Below are positions 20,353 through 29,998 of a stretch of DNA of 64,000 nucleotides, one piece after another. The notes beneath the pieces were generated by a model. It was given only the letters and a program-made list of their open reading frames with translations, ran no database searches and was not told where the DNA came from. This DNA comes from a virus. Each line of letters begins with the position of its first letter. Position 1 is the first letter of the stretch. The DNA lies in the IMG/VR virus record IMGVR_UViG_3300014819_000002, positions 1 through 64,000 of that record. The stretch is one strand, 5' to 3'. Both the position numbers and the translations under genes were made by a program.

Positions 20353-20715
20353 ATGAAAGAAATAAATGATATTCCGGATAAGATTTGGGAAGCTATTAAT
20401 TATGTAATGCAATATGCCACTGGTACAGACAATTGGTTGGCAGTTAAAAAAGAAATAATGTGGTTATTAACAAATGAATATCGTCATTATTTTTCTCGCA
20501 GACATTATGCAACAAAGAAACATTCCTTAAATGATTTTGAAAAACTTGTGATAGAATATTGGAAGAGTGAGACGGGTCAAGATTTAAAAATACCAGATAA
20601 CGTTATACACAATCCTAATTGGGTAAGACACCGCCGAGGCTGGGGTTTGAAGAAATATAATAAAGAGAGACAAAAGAATGCAGAACTCAAAAGAAAAAAT
20701 AAAAAAGATTCGTGA
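20353..20715 (+). CDS. Hypothetical protein
   Basis: ORF with AGGA SD. Confidence 0.5.
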   Translation: MKEINDIPDKIWEAINYVMQYATGTDNWLAVKKEIMWLLTNEYRHYFSRRHYATKKHSLNDFEKLVIEYWKSETGQDLKIPDNVIHNPNWVRHRRGWGLKKYNKERQKNAELKRKNKKDS

Positions 20716-21955
20716 CCGTGCTCTCTTGAGAGAATTTATAAATCTTCAATTATCAAAAAAACTCTTGGAACAAGATGGTGATTATTATGGTGGTTATGAT
20801 GATGCCGGTATTATGGTAGGTGGTTATGCAGAACCTGGCGCTCCATCATCTAATATAGCAACATTCTTAACCAAATCTGATTTTGCTCGTTTATTAGGTT
20901 TAGATGCAATACACAACGCATTTAAAACAGCGGCATATGGAATTAAACGTTTAGCAACTAAAACATTTGGAGAATCCAAAATATTAGCTAAAAGTCTATT
21001 TTGGTATTTAATGCCCGTATTTTTAAAATCAAGTAAATTTGATAATATCATTGATATGGCCGAACAAGAACGGGCCGTTATAGAAAATCAATTAGAAAAA
21101 ATTGATGGCGAATATGCAGAAGTATTAAAAAAAAACAATGAAATATTTGAAAATCCGGATTTTAATTTTGCATTTTTTGTTGCCGCTCCGGGAGCAGTTA
21201 TTGGTTCTGAAATTATCAAAAAGTCATTAAAAGCTTCATTGGAAATGTTTCATGTATTAGTTGGAAAAGATAATGTTACAGAAAGCATTGGAAATCAAAT
21301 AACTAATATATTTGAAGATTTGACAACACGTATTGGATTAAATCCAAAAAATTATACTGACCGTGCAGCGGTAGAATCTAGAATCCTAAATAACTTACGT
21401 CAAGATTTTCCTAATTTAACACAAGGCGAACTTCATGACATCATTAATGAAGTACAAGGTCAGAGATTAGAAGAACAGTCTATAAAACCAAATTTATCAG
21501 CACAAAAACAAATAGATGCATATTTGACAACTCCCGATGGTCTTGCACATATATCAGGAATTAGTAATGCATTGGATAAATTACGTCGCCATATATCAAG
21601 TTCTCAATCGCAACAAAAAATGAATAACAGTCCAATTGCAAAAGCTGGGCAACAAATATTGGCTACTAATATTGTAAATGCAGCAAAATCTGCAATCAAT
21701 AAGTTTGATATGAACTATATAAAAACAAATTATCAACAAGAAATAGATAAATTCTTTAATGAAAAAGGAATTACGGATCCTGAACAAAAAAAAGAATTAG
21801 TTGAAGATCCTAAAGTAGTTAGTGAACTTGAAAAGCTTTTAAAAAATACTCTTAAAAAAGCGTACACGAAACAACTTGATGAATTAGAAAAAATTAATCC
21901 AATGATTCTTAAATCTGTAGTTACGTCTGGTAAAAAACAAATTGATGCCATGTAG
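20678..21955 (+). CDS. Hypothetical protein, possible internal head protein
   Basis: 425-aa ORF with LLREFI...LLEQ N-terminal motif. Confidence 0.55.
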   Translation: MQNSKEKIKKIRDRALLREFINLQLSKKLLEQDGDYYGGYDDAGIMVGGYAEPGAPSSNIATFLTKSDFARLLGLDAIHNAFKTAAYGIKRLATKTFGESKILAKSLFWYLMPVFLKSSKFDNIIDMAEQERAVIENQLEKIDGEYAEVLKKNNEIFENPDFNFAFFVAAPGAVIGSEIIKKSLKASLEMFHVLVGKDNVTESIGNQITNIFEDLTTRIGLNPKNYTDRAAVESRILNNLRQDFPNLTQGELHDIINEVQGQRLEEQSIKPNLSAQKQIDAYLTTPDGLAHISGISNALDKLRRHISSSQSQQKMNNSPIAKAGQQILATNIVNAAKSAINKFDMNYIKTNYQQEIDKFFNEKGITDPEQKKELVEDPKVVSELEKLLKNTLKKAYTKQLDELEKINPMILKSVVTSGKKQIDAM

Positions 21956-22024
21956 ACAGTTTTCTGTTTTTTCATCCAAATAAAAAACTTACTATTATCC
22001 TCTTTTCAAAAAGGAGTGATATAT

Positions 22025-22294
22025 ATGGCATTAGATGGAGCAGAACGACAACCCGATGAGATTAATGAATTAACAGCTCTCGTCGTTGAATTTGTTGATC
22101 GTTTTAAGAATATAGAAAATGAGATTACTCTTCTAAAAGAAAGCCAAAAAGAATTGGTAGAGGAGTATAGCGATCGTCTTGATGTAAAAACATTACAGGC
22201 AGCTATGAGAACAGTTAAGATTAAGAAGAAGGTATCGTATAAAGATACTTTTGATACTTTTGTTGATATTTTGTCTGAACATGAAAGTATCTGA
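22025..22294 (+). CDS. Small dsDNA-binding protein, DUF2312/GapR or T4 DsbA-like
   Basis: FVDRFKNIENEITLLKESQKELVEEY..LDVKTLQAAMR pattern; AGGAG SD. Confidence 0.6.
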   Translation: MALDGAERQPDEINELTALVVEFVDRFKNIENEITLLKESQKELVEEYSDRLDVKTLQAAMRTVKIKKKVSYKDTFDTFVDILSEHESI

Positions 22295-22310
22295 AATATA
22301 GAAAGAACAT

Positions 22311-22769
22311 ATGAGTACCGTAAAAACAACTAATAAGCAACCGCAATTGCCGGTTATTCTTTATGAAGAACCATCTGGCAAAAATGATCGGGGTATTTCA
22401 ATGCCCTATATTGAAGTACCCAAAGAAGGACAAATGCCACCTGTATTGTTTATATTTGAATATAAGCATACCGGAGAGACAGAACCTGATGCCCGAGGTC
22501 GAGAAGTGGCCATCGTAGATCAGATACCACACAAGTATGTAGATATGGAATATCTTAAAGATAGATTATCTCCAGAATTAAATGATCAAATAAGAGTAGC
22601 ACTTGGAATGAAACCGCTTCAAGTAGCTAAACAAGAAGGTCAAAAAATAATGGACAAAGTAATGTTCCAAGTTTCTATCGTTAAAGATGAAGCCGAAAGA
22701 GATAAACAAGAAAAACAAGCATTAGTAACAAAAGAACTTGAAAAAAAGACAAAGGAGAAAATGCAATGA
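22311..22769 (+). CDS. Hypothetical protein
   Basis: ORF in tightly packed operon. Confidence 0.55.
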   Translation: MSTVKTTNKQPQLPVILYEEPSGKNDRGISMPYIEVPKEGQMPPVLFIFEYKHTGETEPDARGREVAIVDQIPHKYVDMEYLKDRLSPELNDQIRVALGMKPLQVAKQEGQKIMDKVMFQVSIVKDEAERDKQEKQALVTKELEKKTKEKMQ

Positions 22770-22954
22770 AATTACATCCAAATGTTGTTGAGAAATTGAT
22801 ATATCTTTATGAAAATTATGGTGGTCACGTTAATAATGCGAAACTGCGTGCTCATCTTCAAAATCTTGATCTCTCGGCTTATGAACGTAAAACTGGCGAA
22901 CAAGATGTTGTTTTGGTTTTAACAGAAGATATGATGAAAGCGATTCGTAAGTGA
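22766..22954 (+). CDS. Hypothetical protein
   Basis: ATGA overlap, AGGAG SD. Confidence 0.55.
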   Translation: MKLHPNVVEKLIYLYENYGGHVNNAKLRAHLQNLDLSAYERKTGEQDVVLVLTEDMMKAIRK

Positions 22955-22961
22955 GAATAAT

Positions 22962-23525
22962 ATGCCACTTGGAGAAAACAGTACGTTAAAAATAGGTCAG
23001 ATTATTTATGTGCTTTCAAATAAGGCACAAAAGATCATTCCAGCAATAGTTGTTGAAGAAATGACTGTAAAAAAACTAGAAGGTAATGAAGTTTCATGGA
23101 AAGTTTCTGTTGGACCAACTGGTAAAGAAAAAATAATTGATTCAAAACGTCTAGATGGAGAACTTTATGAAACACTTCTAGAAGTAGAAAACGTTTTAAA
23201 ACAAAGATTAGAAGCATTTGTTAATGGTATTATTGTAGATGCTCAGAAAAGAGCAGAAATTTGGTATGGGAACAAGCCTAAATTAGTGCAACAAAGTGCA
23301 ACTCAAGATAAAATTGATCCGGATACTTTAATTGAGGAAGAAACATCAATGTTACAAGATATCAAGAAAAAATCCGGATTATCTCATGCACAAACAAGCA
23401 AAGAAGTTCGTAATAAGCTTTTAGCAGCTCTGTCTGATGAACAAAAGACATCAACAGATATTGTGGAACAAGAAGAAATTCAGCTTCCAGATGGTCAGGT
23501 AGTAAAGGTAAACATTAGAACATGA
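22962..23525 (+). CDS. Hypothetical protein
   Basis: ORF overlapping GroEL start by 4 nt. Confidence 0.55.
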   Translation: MPLGENSTLKIGQIIYVLSNKAQKIIPAIVVEEMTVKKLEGNEVSWKVSVGPTGKEKIIDSKRLDGELYETLLEVENVLKQRLEAFVNGIIVDAQKRAEIWYGNKPKLVQQSATQDKIDPDTLIEEETSMLQDIKKKSGLSHAQTSKEVRNKLLAALSDEQKTSTDIVEQEEIQLPDGQVVKVNIRT

Positions 23526-25252
23526 ATAATCAATCTCCAAATCAAAGAGTTGTTTTTTTCCCCAAGGCTCATGAAGAACTATATAAAGGAGCTACAATAT
23601 TAGCTAATGCCGTAGCTTCTACGATGGGTCCATCTGGACATTCCGTAATAATCGACATGGAAACCGGACCTCCATTAATCACAAAAGATGGTGTAACCGT
23701 AGCTAAATCTATAAATCTTAAAGATAAACTTCAATCTATGGGAGCTGAACTCCTTAAAGAAGTTGCATCAAAAACAAATGAGCGTGCTGGAGATGGTACG
23801 TCGTCTAGTGTTGTATTAGGTCATGCTATCTTCACAGAAGGTCTTAAGATGATATCAACAGGGCGTTCTGCGATTGATATTAAGAAAGGTATGGATAATG
23901 CTTCCGAAATCGTTATCAAGTTTCTTAGACAGAATTCTATACCTATTTCATCAAGAGAGGATATTGTTAATGTTGGAACAATCTCTGCTAATGGTGATCG
24001 TTCTATCGGTGATCTACTCGCTACTGCAATAGAACGTGTAGGTAATGACGGCATCATTACAGTAGAACCTGCTAAAAGCGTAGAAACTACCCTTGATATC
24101 GTTGAAGGTATGCAGTTAGATACTGGCTATGTTTCACCATTCTTTATTACAAACTCTGAACGTGCTACCTGTGAACTTGAGAATCCATACGTTTTAATGA
24201 CACCTAATAAGATATCTTCTATACAGGATATTATAGGATTATTAGAGGGTGGTCTTAAAACGTCCCGTCCATTATTGATTATTGCAGATGATGTAGAAGG
24301 CGAAGCACTTCATACTCTTATCGTTAACAAGACTAAGGGAGTTGTTAAAGTTTGTGCTATTAAAGCTCCAAGCTATGGTGAACATCGGGCTGATATTCTC
24401 TCAGACATTCAGACATTAACTGGTGGTACAATATTCAACGCCACTACAGATATAACTCTTAAAAAAGCTAGCCTTAATCATCTTGGTTCTGCCAAAAAGG
24501 TTATTATAGGGCGTAATACAACTACAATCATTAGCGATCTAGATAGTGAACGTAAAACAGCCCTAGAAGACCGTATACGGGCTCTTAGAACCTCTCTAGC
24601 GGAAGATAAGACCCTTGACGCCCTTCATGTAGACAAATACCGTAAAAGGCTTGCTAGGCTCTCTGGTGGTGTAGCTATTATTAAGGTTGGCGGCTCAACA
24701 GAAGTAGAAATATTGGAAAAGAAAGATAGAGTGGAGGATGCAGTAAATGCGACATTGGCAGCTACACAAGAAGGTATTGTTCCTGGGGGTGGCACTGCTC
24801 TTTATTATGCCGCTAATCATCTCCGTGAACAGATAGCTCTTAAACAATCTGTAAATACTTCACAAGATGAAATGGCTGGTATGGAGATCATTGCTAATGT
24901 TTGTGAATATCCCCTAAATACAATTGTAAGCAATACAGGTGCTTCACCTGATGTTGTTAAACAAAGATTAAAGACCAATCTTACTGGACATAAAGTTTTT
25001 TATGTAGATACAGAAAATGCTGATGTAGAAGATTTGGTTGCGGCTGTAAAACAATTTAAGACAAAGATTGATACCAGAAAAAATGATAGACGTTTTGGCT
25101 ATAACGCTGCTAAGGGCACATATGGTGATTTAGTAGCGGAAGGCATTATAGACCCGGTTAAAGTAACCAGATATGCACTAGAACACGCAGTAAGCGTTAT
25201 TGGATTAACGTTATCTTGTAATTCAGTTATAGTAAATGAAGAGGAGAAATAA
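23522..25252 (+). CDS. groEL: Chaperonin GroEL
   Basis: ITKDGVTVAK, AGDGTSS, ISANGD, RLARLSGGVAIIKVGG, EKKDRVEDA, EGIVPGGG, GIIDPVKVTR. Confidence 0.97.
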   Translation: MNNQSPNQRVVFFPKAHEELYKGATILANAVASTMGPSGHSVIIDMETGPPLITKDGVTVAKSINLKDKLQSMGAELLKEVASKTNERAGDGTSSSVVLGHAIFTEGLKMISTGRSAIDIKKGMDNASEIVIKFLRQNSIPISSREDIVNVGTISANGDRSIGDLLATAIERVGNDGIITVEPAKSVETTLDIVEGMQLDTGYVSPFFITNSERATCELENPYVLMTPNKISSIQDIIGLLEGGLKTSRPLLIIADDVEGEALHTLIVNKTKGVVKVCAIKAPSYGEHRADILSDIQTLTGGTIFNATTDITLKKASLNHLGSAKKVIIGRNTTTIISDLDSERKTALEDRIRALRTSLAEDKTLDALHVDKYRKRLARLSGGVAIIKVGGSTEVEILEKKDRVEDAVNATLAATQEGIVPGGGTALYYAANHLREQIALKQSVNTSQDEMAGMEIIANVCEYPLNTIVSNTGASPDVVKQRLKTNLTGHKVFYVDTENADVEDLVAAVKQFKTKIDTRKNDRRFGYNAAKGTYGDLVAEGIIDPVKVTRYALEHAVSVIGLTLSCNSVIVNEEEK

Positions 25253-25253
25253 T

Positions 25254-25613
25254 ATGAAAGGCGATAGAGTTCAAATTACATCAGGTATGTTACATACCCA
25301 AGCAGATGAAGTCCTACCAGTATATGCACCAACAAAATTACAAAATGGTCAACTCAAAGAAAGTTATGATGGTTCATATGAGTTTCAAAGATTAGGTGGA
25401 GTTAAAGCTGGTACTACTGGAGTTATTCAAGGACCACCACTTAAAATTCATAAAACACAACTTTTACATCTACAAAATAATGCCGCCATCGCATCATTAG
25501 GCGGGACAAATGATTTTGTTAACATGTTTCCAGTAATGTTAGATTATTATCAACAGCTAGGCTGGTTTCCGTCAGAACATATCAAAATTGTTTCTGGTGA
25601 CGTTTTAAGATGA
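25254..25613 (+). CDS. Hypothetical protein following GroEL
   Basis: GAGGAG SD before ATG 25254. Confidence 0.5.
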   Translation: MKGDRVQITSGMLHTQADEVLPVYAPTKLQNGQLKESYDGSYEFQRLGGVKAGTTGVIQGPPLKIHKTQLLHLQNNAAIASLGGTNDFVNMFPVMLDYYQQLGWFPSEHIKIVSGDVLR

Positions 25614-26117
25614 TCAAGCTCCAGAAATGCGTTGTTTAAGTAAATAAACAACACCTTCATGTTCATCCAATATCGTTCCTAACATTTGTTCAACACCACG
25701 GGTTAATAAACCTTTGCTTTTAAGTTGATCCATCATACGTTCCCCGGCTGTAATAAACGATTTCTCTGCAAGGAGAGATCGTTTTGCCATTTTAAGAGCC
25801 GGTGCATCAAGTATATCACTATCTTCAATCGCCTCTATATAACGACGCATATTTTCTAAAGAATGTTTCGGTAAAACTAAATCCGAAGAACCTAAACCCA
25901 CTGCTTTCTCGCCTACAAGATCAATATGTCCATCGGCTAACTCATAAAGTCTTTGATATAATAAATGATCTCCATAAAATTGAGGGCCATGTGTTTGCCA
26001 ATGATGTGTGTGATGCATCATCGATAAAGCTCTTAATAAATCAATAAAAACTCCAAGTTCAGCATATTTGGAGTCTCCATATGTCATAAACAAATCTTCT
26101 ATCTTTAATATAGACAT
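25614..26117 (-). CDS. dps: Dps/ferritin-like protein
   Basis: HHWQTHGPQFYGDHLLYQRLYE...D..GEK matches Dps ferroxidase signature. Confidence 0.8.
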   Translation of the reverse strand: MSILKIEDLFMTYGDSKYAELGVFIDLLRALSMMHHTHHWQTHGPQFYGDHLLYQRLYELADGHIDLVGEKAVGLGSSDLVLPKHSLENMRRYIEAIEDSDILDAPALKMAKRSLLAEKSFITAGERMMDQLKSKGLLTRGVEQMLGTILDEHEGVVYLLKQRISGA

Positions 26118-26134
26118 GATATATCCTTTTCGTC

Positions 26135-26503
26135 CTAATTATTCTCCACCAAACGTTTTAAAACGTTTTCGATACTTTTACATATATCATAAGCTTCCGT
26201 AATATGACGACGAATAACTTTATTTTTCATATGACCTTTGTTTGTTATTGTAGCCCCATATAATTGTTGGGTCCAATTTTCATATAACGTCACTATATTA
26301 ATAACGTTCATGGTTATTTTTTGATTTTTTGCAAATTGTTGAACCACATGAGGAACAATCTGGATAACATTATCCTCTGGATCACTAGGATCAACATTTT
26401 CCGATTCAATAATTTCATGAATATCTTTGAGCAATGCCGCAATATCCTGCACTTTTTTCAGCAGAGTAACAGCTTCTTTCCTGGTTAGATTAGCAAAACT
26501 CAT
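26135..26503 (-). CDS. Hypothetical protein
   Basis: ORF in operon. Confidence 0.5.
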   Translation of the reverse strand: MSFANLTRKEAVTLLKKVQDIAALLKDIHEIIESENVDPSDPEDNVIQIVPHVVQQFAKNQKITMNVINIVTLYENWTQQLYGATITNKGHMKNKVIRRHITEAYDICKSIENVLKRLVENN

Positions 26504-26511
26504 AACTTCAT

Positions 26512-26757
26512 TTAATTATTGATAAAAAGAAAGCCATCCCGAAAAGAGATGGCTTTCTTAGATTTTAAGATATCTATCACAATATCATCGTTTATATCTT
26601 CATAAAGATTGTCTATTACGTTCTCTTGTTTTTCAGAAGAAGGAGATGGTGGAGGCAAAGGAGGATGTATTTCAACATATAAAGGCTCGTTTTCCTTTTC
26701 CCTTTCCTTAATTTTGTTTTTAACCCACTCCCAGAAATCCGGGTTTTGTTCATTCAT
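26512..26757 (-). CDS. Hypothetical protein
   Basis: ORF with Pro-rich linker; start region tandemly duplicated. Confidence 0.5.
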   Translation of the reverse strand: MNEQNPDFWEWVKNKIKEREKENEPLYVEIHPPLPPPSPSSEKQENVIDNLYEDINDDIVIDILKSKKAISFRDGFLFINN

Positions 26758-26807
26758 ATCTCACCGTCATTCATATCTCACTCCAATTTAATTAGGAGAG
26801 AAATATT

Positions 26808-27329
26808 CTAACCACGTGAGTTTTTTGCAAACCAATCATAAAGAGCAATGCCACATGACGTTGATACATTATGATCGTTATTTAGTCCAAGAATAGGAAT
26901 AGTGACAATACTATGTGAAACATTCAAGATTTCATCTGGTACTCCATTTTTTTCACTACCAAAAAACAATATAGGATTTTTTGGATAATGAAAAAATCTA
27001 ATATCTTGACTGGAAATATTATTGCGCCGTTCAAAAGAAACAATAGGTCTAGAATCGGTTGCCGATATGAAACTGCTTAACGTAGCCCATCGCTTTAGAT
27101 TACGCTTTTCATATTTCAAGGTAGAAAGAGCGCCCTTCTCATAGAACCATTCTACCTCAATAAGATGAATTTCTTGTACGAGAAAGTTATGGGCGGTTCT
27201 GATCATACCACCAATATTGAATTCGTTCTTTGAACCATAGATTGCAATACTTACCGGTTGACGTACTTCATCCAGTGCATCACAAATCTCATCACGGGTA
27301 AACTCGGAAAGATCAGGGGCGAGTGACAT
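26808..27329 (-). CDS. SPOUT RNA 2'-O-methyltransferase, TrmH/SpoU family
   Basis: NIGGMIRTA, LFFGSEKNGVP, VTIPILG..NDHNVSTSCGIALY. Confidence 0.85.
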   Translation of the reverse strand: MSLAPDLSEFTRDEICDALDEVRQPVSIAIYGSKNEFNIGGMIRTAHNFLVQEIHLIEVEWFYEKGALSTLKYEKRNLKRWATLSSFISATDSRPIVSFERRNNISSQDIRFFHYPKNPILFFGSEKNGVPDEILNVSHSIVTIPILGLNNDHNVSTSCGIALYDWFAKNSRG

Positions 27330-27609
27330 ATATCAATTCGATATCCGTATAATGTTCTGTTTGCTTAAACTTAAGCAAAAAAGCACTATGCTGTTCAGTG
27401 TATAACTTATACTTTGTTGTTTTTTTATTGAAGTTATATGTTACGTCTTGTATTGATGCTCTACAAGAATAAAGAGCATCTTCAAATTGAAGCCGCTCTT
27501 TATACGATAACAAAGTTCTTAGGACGATATAAAATATCTTTGGTTCAGTCTTCGTCTGACTGGAAACGTTGATTGGTTCGCTTTTCTCGTCGGCGGGCAG
27601 AATTGACAT
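27313..27609 (-). CDS. Hypothetical protein
   Basis: ORF overlapping IF-1 and methylase genes. Confidence 0.45.
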   Translation of the reverse strand: MSILPADEKSEPINVSSQTKTEPKIFYIVLRTLLSYKERLQFEDALYSCRASIQDVTYNFNKKTTKYKLYTEQHSAFLLKFKQTEHYTDIELIYVTRP

Positions 27610-27859
27610 TTGTATTTTCGTCTCTCACTGAGTAAATATCCCTGGCACTGTTAATTCTAAACACGATTCTACCCATACTCATGTCATAAGGCGACACTTC
27701 AATCTTTACACGATCTCCAACCTGCAAATCAATCTTATTGAGACGCATCTTACCAGAAAGCTTTGCTGTTACAATCTGTTCAGTACCTTCAATTCCTACT
27801 CGAAAGATATCCCGTGAATGTTCCAAAATAACTCCAACCATTTCCATACGATCCGTCAT
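27545..27859 (-). CDS. infA: Translation initiation factor IF-1 with C-terminal extension
   Basis: AKLSGKMRLNKIDLQVGDRVKIEVSPYDMSMGRIVFR. Confidence 0.93.
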   Translation of the reverse strand: MTDRMEMVGVILEHSRDIFRVGIEGTEQIVTAKLSGKMRLNKIDLQVGDRVKIEVSPYDMSMGRIVFRINSARDIYSVRDENTNVNSARRREKRTNQRFQSDED

Positions 27860-27914
27860 TTATTTTTTCTTCCTGTTACTATGTTACTATGTTACGATTA
27901 TGTTAATTATCGTA

Positions 27915-27994
27915 CCTGAGCGGCTGGAATCGAACCAGCATTTTCAGATCCATTTACGGATAAAAGCTTAGAAGGCTTCCTCGTCTACGCCCAG
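27915..27994 (-). tRNA. Atypical D-armless tRNA-Arg(UCU)-like RNA with long variable region
   Basis: CUGGGCG/CGCUCAG acceptor; 8-nt linker instead of D-arm; GAAGC-CUUCUAA-GCUUU anticodon arm; 23-nt variable region with hairpin; GCUGG-UUCGAUU-CCAGC T-arm; promoter at 28015..28043. Confidence 0.7.
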
Positions 27995-28047
27995 ATTATC
28001 TTTAGCTCTATATAAATATAACAAATTTGTTGTTTGATATAAACTAT

Positions 28048-28215
28048 TTATTCACTGGTGAAATAACTACATTGATCATTCAAACACAAATCAAGAGTAG
28101 CACCGGTATCATTGATAACCAAACAAAAATATGCATCTCGATTTGCATTTGTGCCGCAGTTGATATAACAAGCTGACAAAAACAAACAAAAAAACAATAT
28201 TCCGGCTCGATACAT
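28048..28215 (-). CDS. Small putative lipoprotein (55 aa)
   Basis: Manual translation MYRAGILFFCLFLSAC...CSYFTSE; LSAC lipobox; GGTGA SD. Confidence 0.5.
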   Translation of the reverse strand: MYRAGILFFCLFLSACYINCGTNANRDAYFCLVINDTGATLDLCLNDQCSYFTSE

Positions 28216-28221
28216 TTTTAA

Positions 28222-28614
28222 TCACCAACGATAGTAAAAACGTTCCTCTTCGCAAATAGGATGCATCGGCGTACCAGTCATACCCATCAATATATACATC
28301 CAAGCAGGATCATTTTCCTCACGAAGATCAACTAGCTCTCGATTATAGAAATGACCGTTACTTTCCAACATATCCAAACGAGCTAGAGTTCTTTCATCGA
28401 CTTCATATAGCTCACCCTGGACAGCAGCACACTCTCCAGTATTAAAGCTTATAAGCACTCCTGGGAAACCACCAAGGGAATGCATGACAAACGTTTCATC
28501 TTCAGTTAGCCGCTCACCAATAAACCGGCTCTCAGTAAGAAAACGATTATTATGAAATCCACGCTTCAAACTACCATAAACAAAAACTCGATGCCGTTCC
28601 ATCTTACTCCTCAA
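28222..28614 (-). CDS. Gamma-glutamylcyclotransferase (AIG2-like)
   Basis: VFVYGSLKRGFHN, VQGELYEV, LDMLE...Y.R. Confidence 0.9.
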   Translation of the reverse strand: MRSKMERHRVFVYGSLKRGFHNNRFLTESRFIGERLTEDETFVMHSLGGFPGVLISFNTGECAAVQGELYEVDERTLARLDMLESNGHFYNRELVDLREENDPAWMYILMGMTGTPMHPICEEERFYYRW

Positions 28615-28853
28615 TTTGTCACAATCGGCTCAATACGAAGGCATCCCTCCCTAACCATATCATTAACAAAAATATTAACGTTAGTAGTTCGAATAAATGC
28701 CCCGTAAGCCTTATACGCCCTTTCTGCCACTTCCTCCATATACTGCTTAAGCGATCCGGTATCTGCGTGGCTCGTAATCCACAATCGCTCCACGAATTCT
28801 TCGTTATTACGAGCCGGGATAGTCCAATGAAAGAAATGATAGTTATTCATCAC
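28611..28853 (-). CDS. Hypothetical protein
   Basis: Overlaps both neighbours by 4 nt. Confidence 0.5.
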   Translation of the reverse strand: MMNNYHFFHWTIPARNNEEFVERLWITSHADTGSLKQYMEEVAERAYKAYGAFIRTTNVNIFVNDMVREGCLRIEPIVTN

Positions 28854-29962
28854 GCCCCAAGATCCGCAGCACGCTCGTTGAAATAACTCACAACCGTTGC
28901 AGGAAGACCACGGAGAGCGAAATCATCCGAGCCAACCGTAGGCATGAAGGAAGCCGGGCTAGCGGGCCGAGCCGGGCGAACGGTGCCATTGTTGAGAGAA
29001 TTCTCAATCTCGGTCAAACGAATGATGCTCACCGACGTAGTGTAGGTGCCATTCCAGCGAGCCTTACGGATACGCACACCCCATTTGCTACGGATCTCCG
29101 AAATGCAAGCCGGGATGCTCGCCTCGGCGTAACCCGAAACCTGCGAAAGATAGGCGATGGTGGACCGCTCACCGGTACCGGTCTGACTGTAATCATACAT
29201 CGCATGAAGCATCTTGAAGAGGCGACGATCCCGAACACTCGGACGACCAGCCGGGCGACCACGACGAGGCCGAGCAGGCGCCGCCACCGCAGGGATTGCA
29301 GAGGTAACAAGCGATCGACTAGTCTCGACGAAGTTAAGAACGAAAAGAACCCAATTTCCGATCTTCTCCGGGCTCACCGTGCCGCTGTGCTGACGGAATT
29401 CAATGGTGTTCTGCCGAACGTAGGCAGCGAGGTTAACCTTGTAGTAGCGATCCCACGAACGGCTCAGGATATCAGACGACGTGCTGCAAGCCGCTAGCTG
29501 CGTGCCGTAAGAACGGCTCCAATCCGCCATGCTCTTAAGATACGTGTTATTGTTCGCACGACGGCTCACCGGCATGTAGCTGTCGATCACGTTCTCGAAA
29601 GACTCATAACGCTTGACGATCATCTTGATCTCATTGATCGTGAGATCCGCAGCGCCGACGTGCACATGAAGCCCGCAGGTCTTATTAGCCGTTGCGCCCG
29701 CAGCCGAAAGAGCCGCTGCGACCGTGCGGAGCTGATTAAGCCCGTCGAGCCCACGAAGCACAGGCGAAACGACCTCGATGCCAGGATTGCCACGGTTATC
29801 ACGCACCGAACCATCGGTCACGATCTTCCAATGGGTCCGTGTTATGTGATTATAGCCTTCGATCTCGCAAGCGAAACCTGCTGCCGTGATAGCAGCATGA
29901 GCCGCCGACCTCGAAATCCCGATGCACTCGATCTCCACACCAAACGTCCGATTCATCATCAT
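28850..29962 (-). CDS. Putative amidoligase (COOH-NH2 ligase type 2) with C-terminal HTH-like region
   Basis: RTFGVEIE, WKIVTDGSV, GIEVVSPVL, TCGLHVHVG, RYYKVNL, TIEFRQHSGT. Confidence 0.88.
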   Translation of the reverse strand: MMMNRTFGVEIECIGISRSAAHAAITAAGFACEIEGYNHITRTHWKIVTDGSVRDNRGNPGIEVVSPVLRGLDGLNQLRTVAAALSAAGATANKTCGLHVHVGAADLTINEIKMIVKRYESFENVIDSYMPVSRRANNNTYLKSMADWSRSYGTQLAACSTSSDILSRSWDRYYKVNLAAYVRQNTIEFRQHSGTVSPEKIGNWVLFVLNFVETSRSLVTSAIPAVAAPARPRRGRPAGRPSVRDRRLFKMLHAMYDYSQTGTGERSTIAYLSQVSGYAEASIPACISEIRSKWGVRIRKARWNGTYTTSVSIIRLTEIENSLNNGTVRPARPASPASFMPTVGSDDFALRGLPATVVSYFNERAADLGA

Positions 29963-29969
29963 GTATAAC

Positions 29970-29998
29970 AGAATAACAGACGTATCACATTTTTTAAA
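29970..29998 (-). promoter_or_regulatory. Extended -10 promoter, leaderless
   Basis: TTTAAA-17 nt-(TGt)TATTCT-7 nt-ATG(29962). Confidence 0.55.

Noticed and set aside
27960-27980. Reading the Arg-like RNA as a CUA amber suppressor
   Set aside because: The stem pairs only with loop CUUCUAA, giving UCU; long ORFs show no sign of stop-codon reassignment
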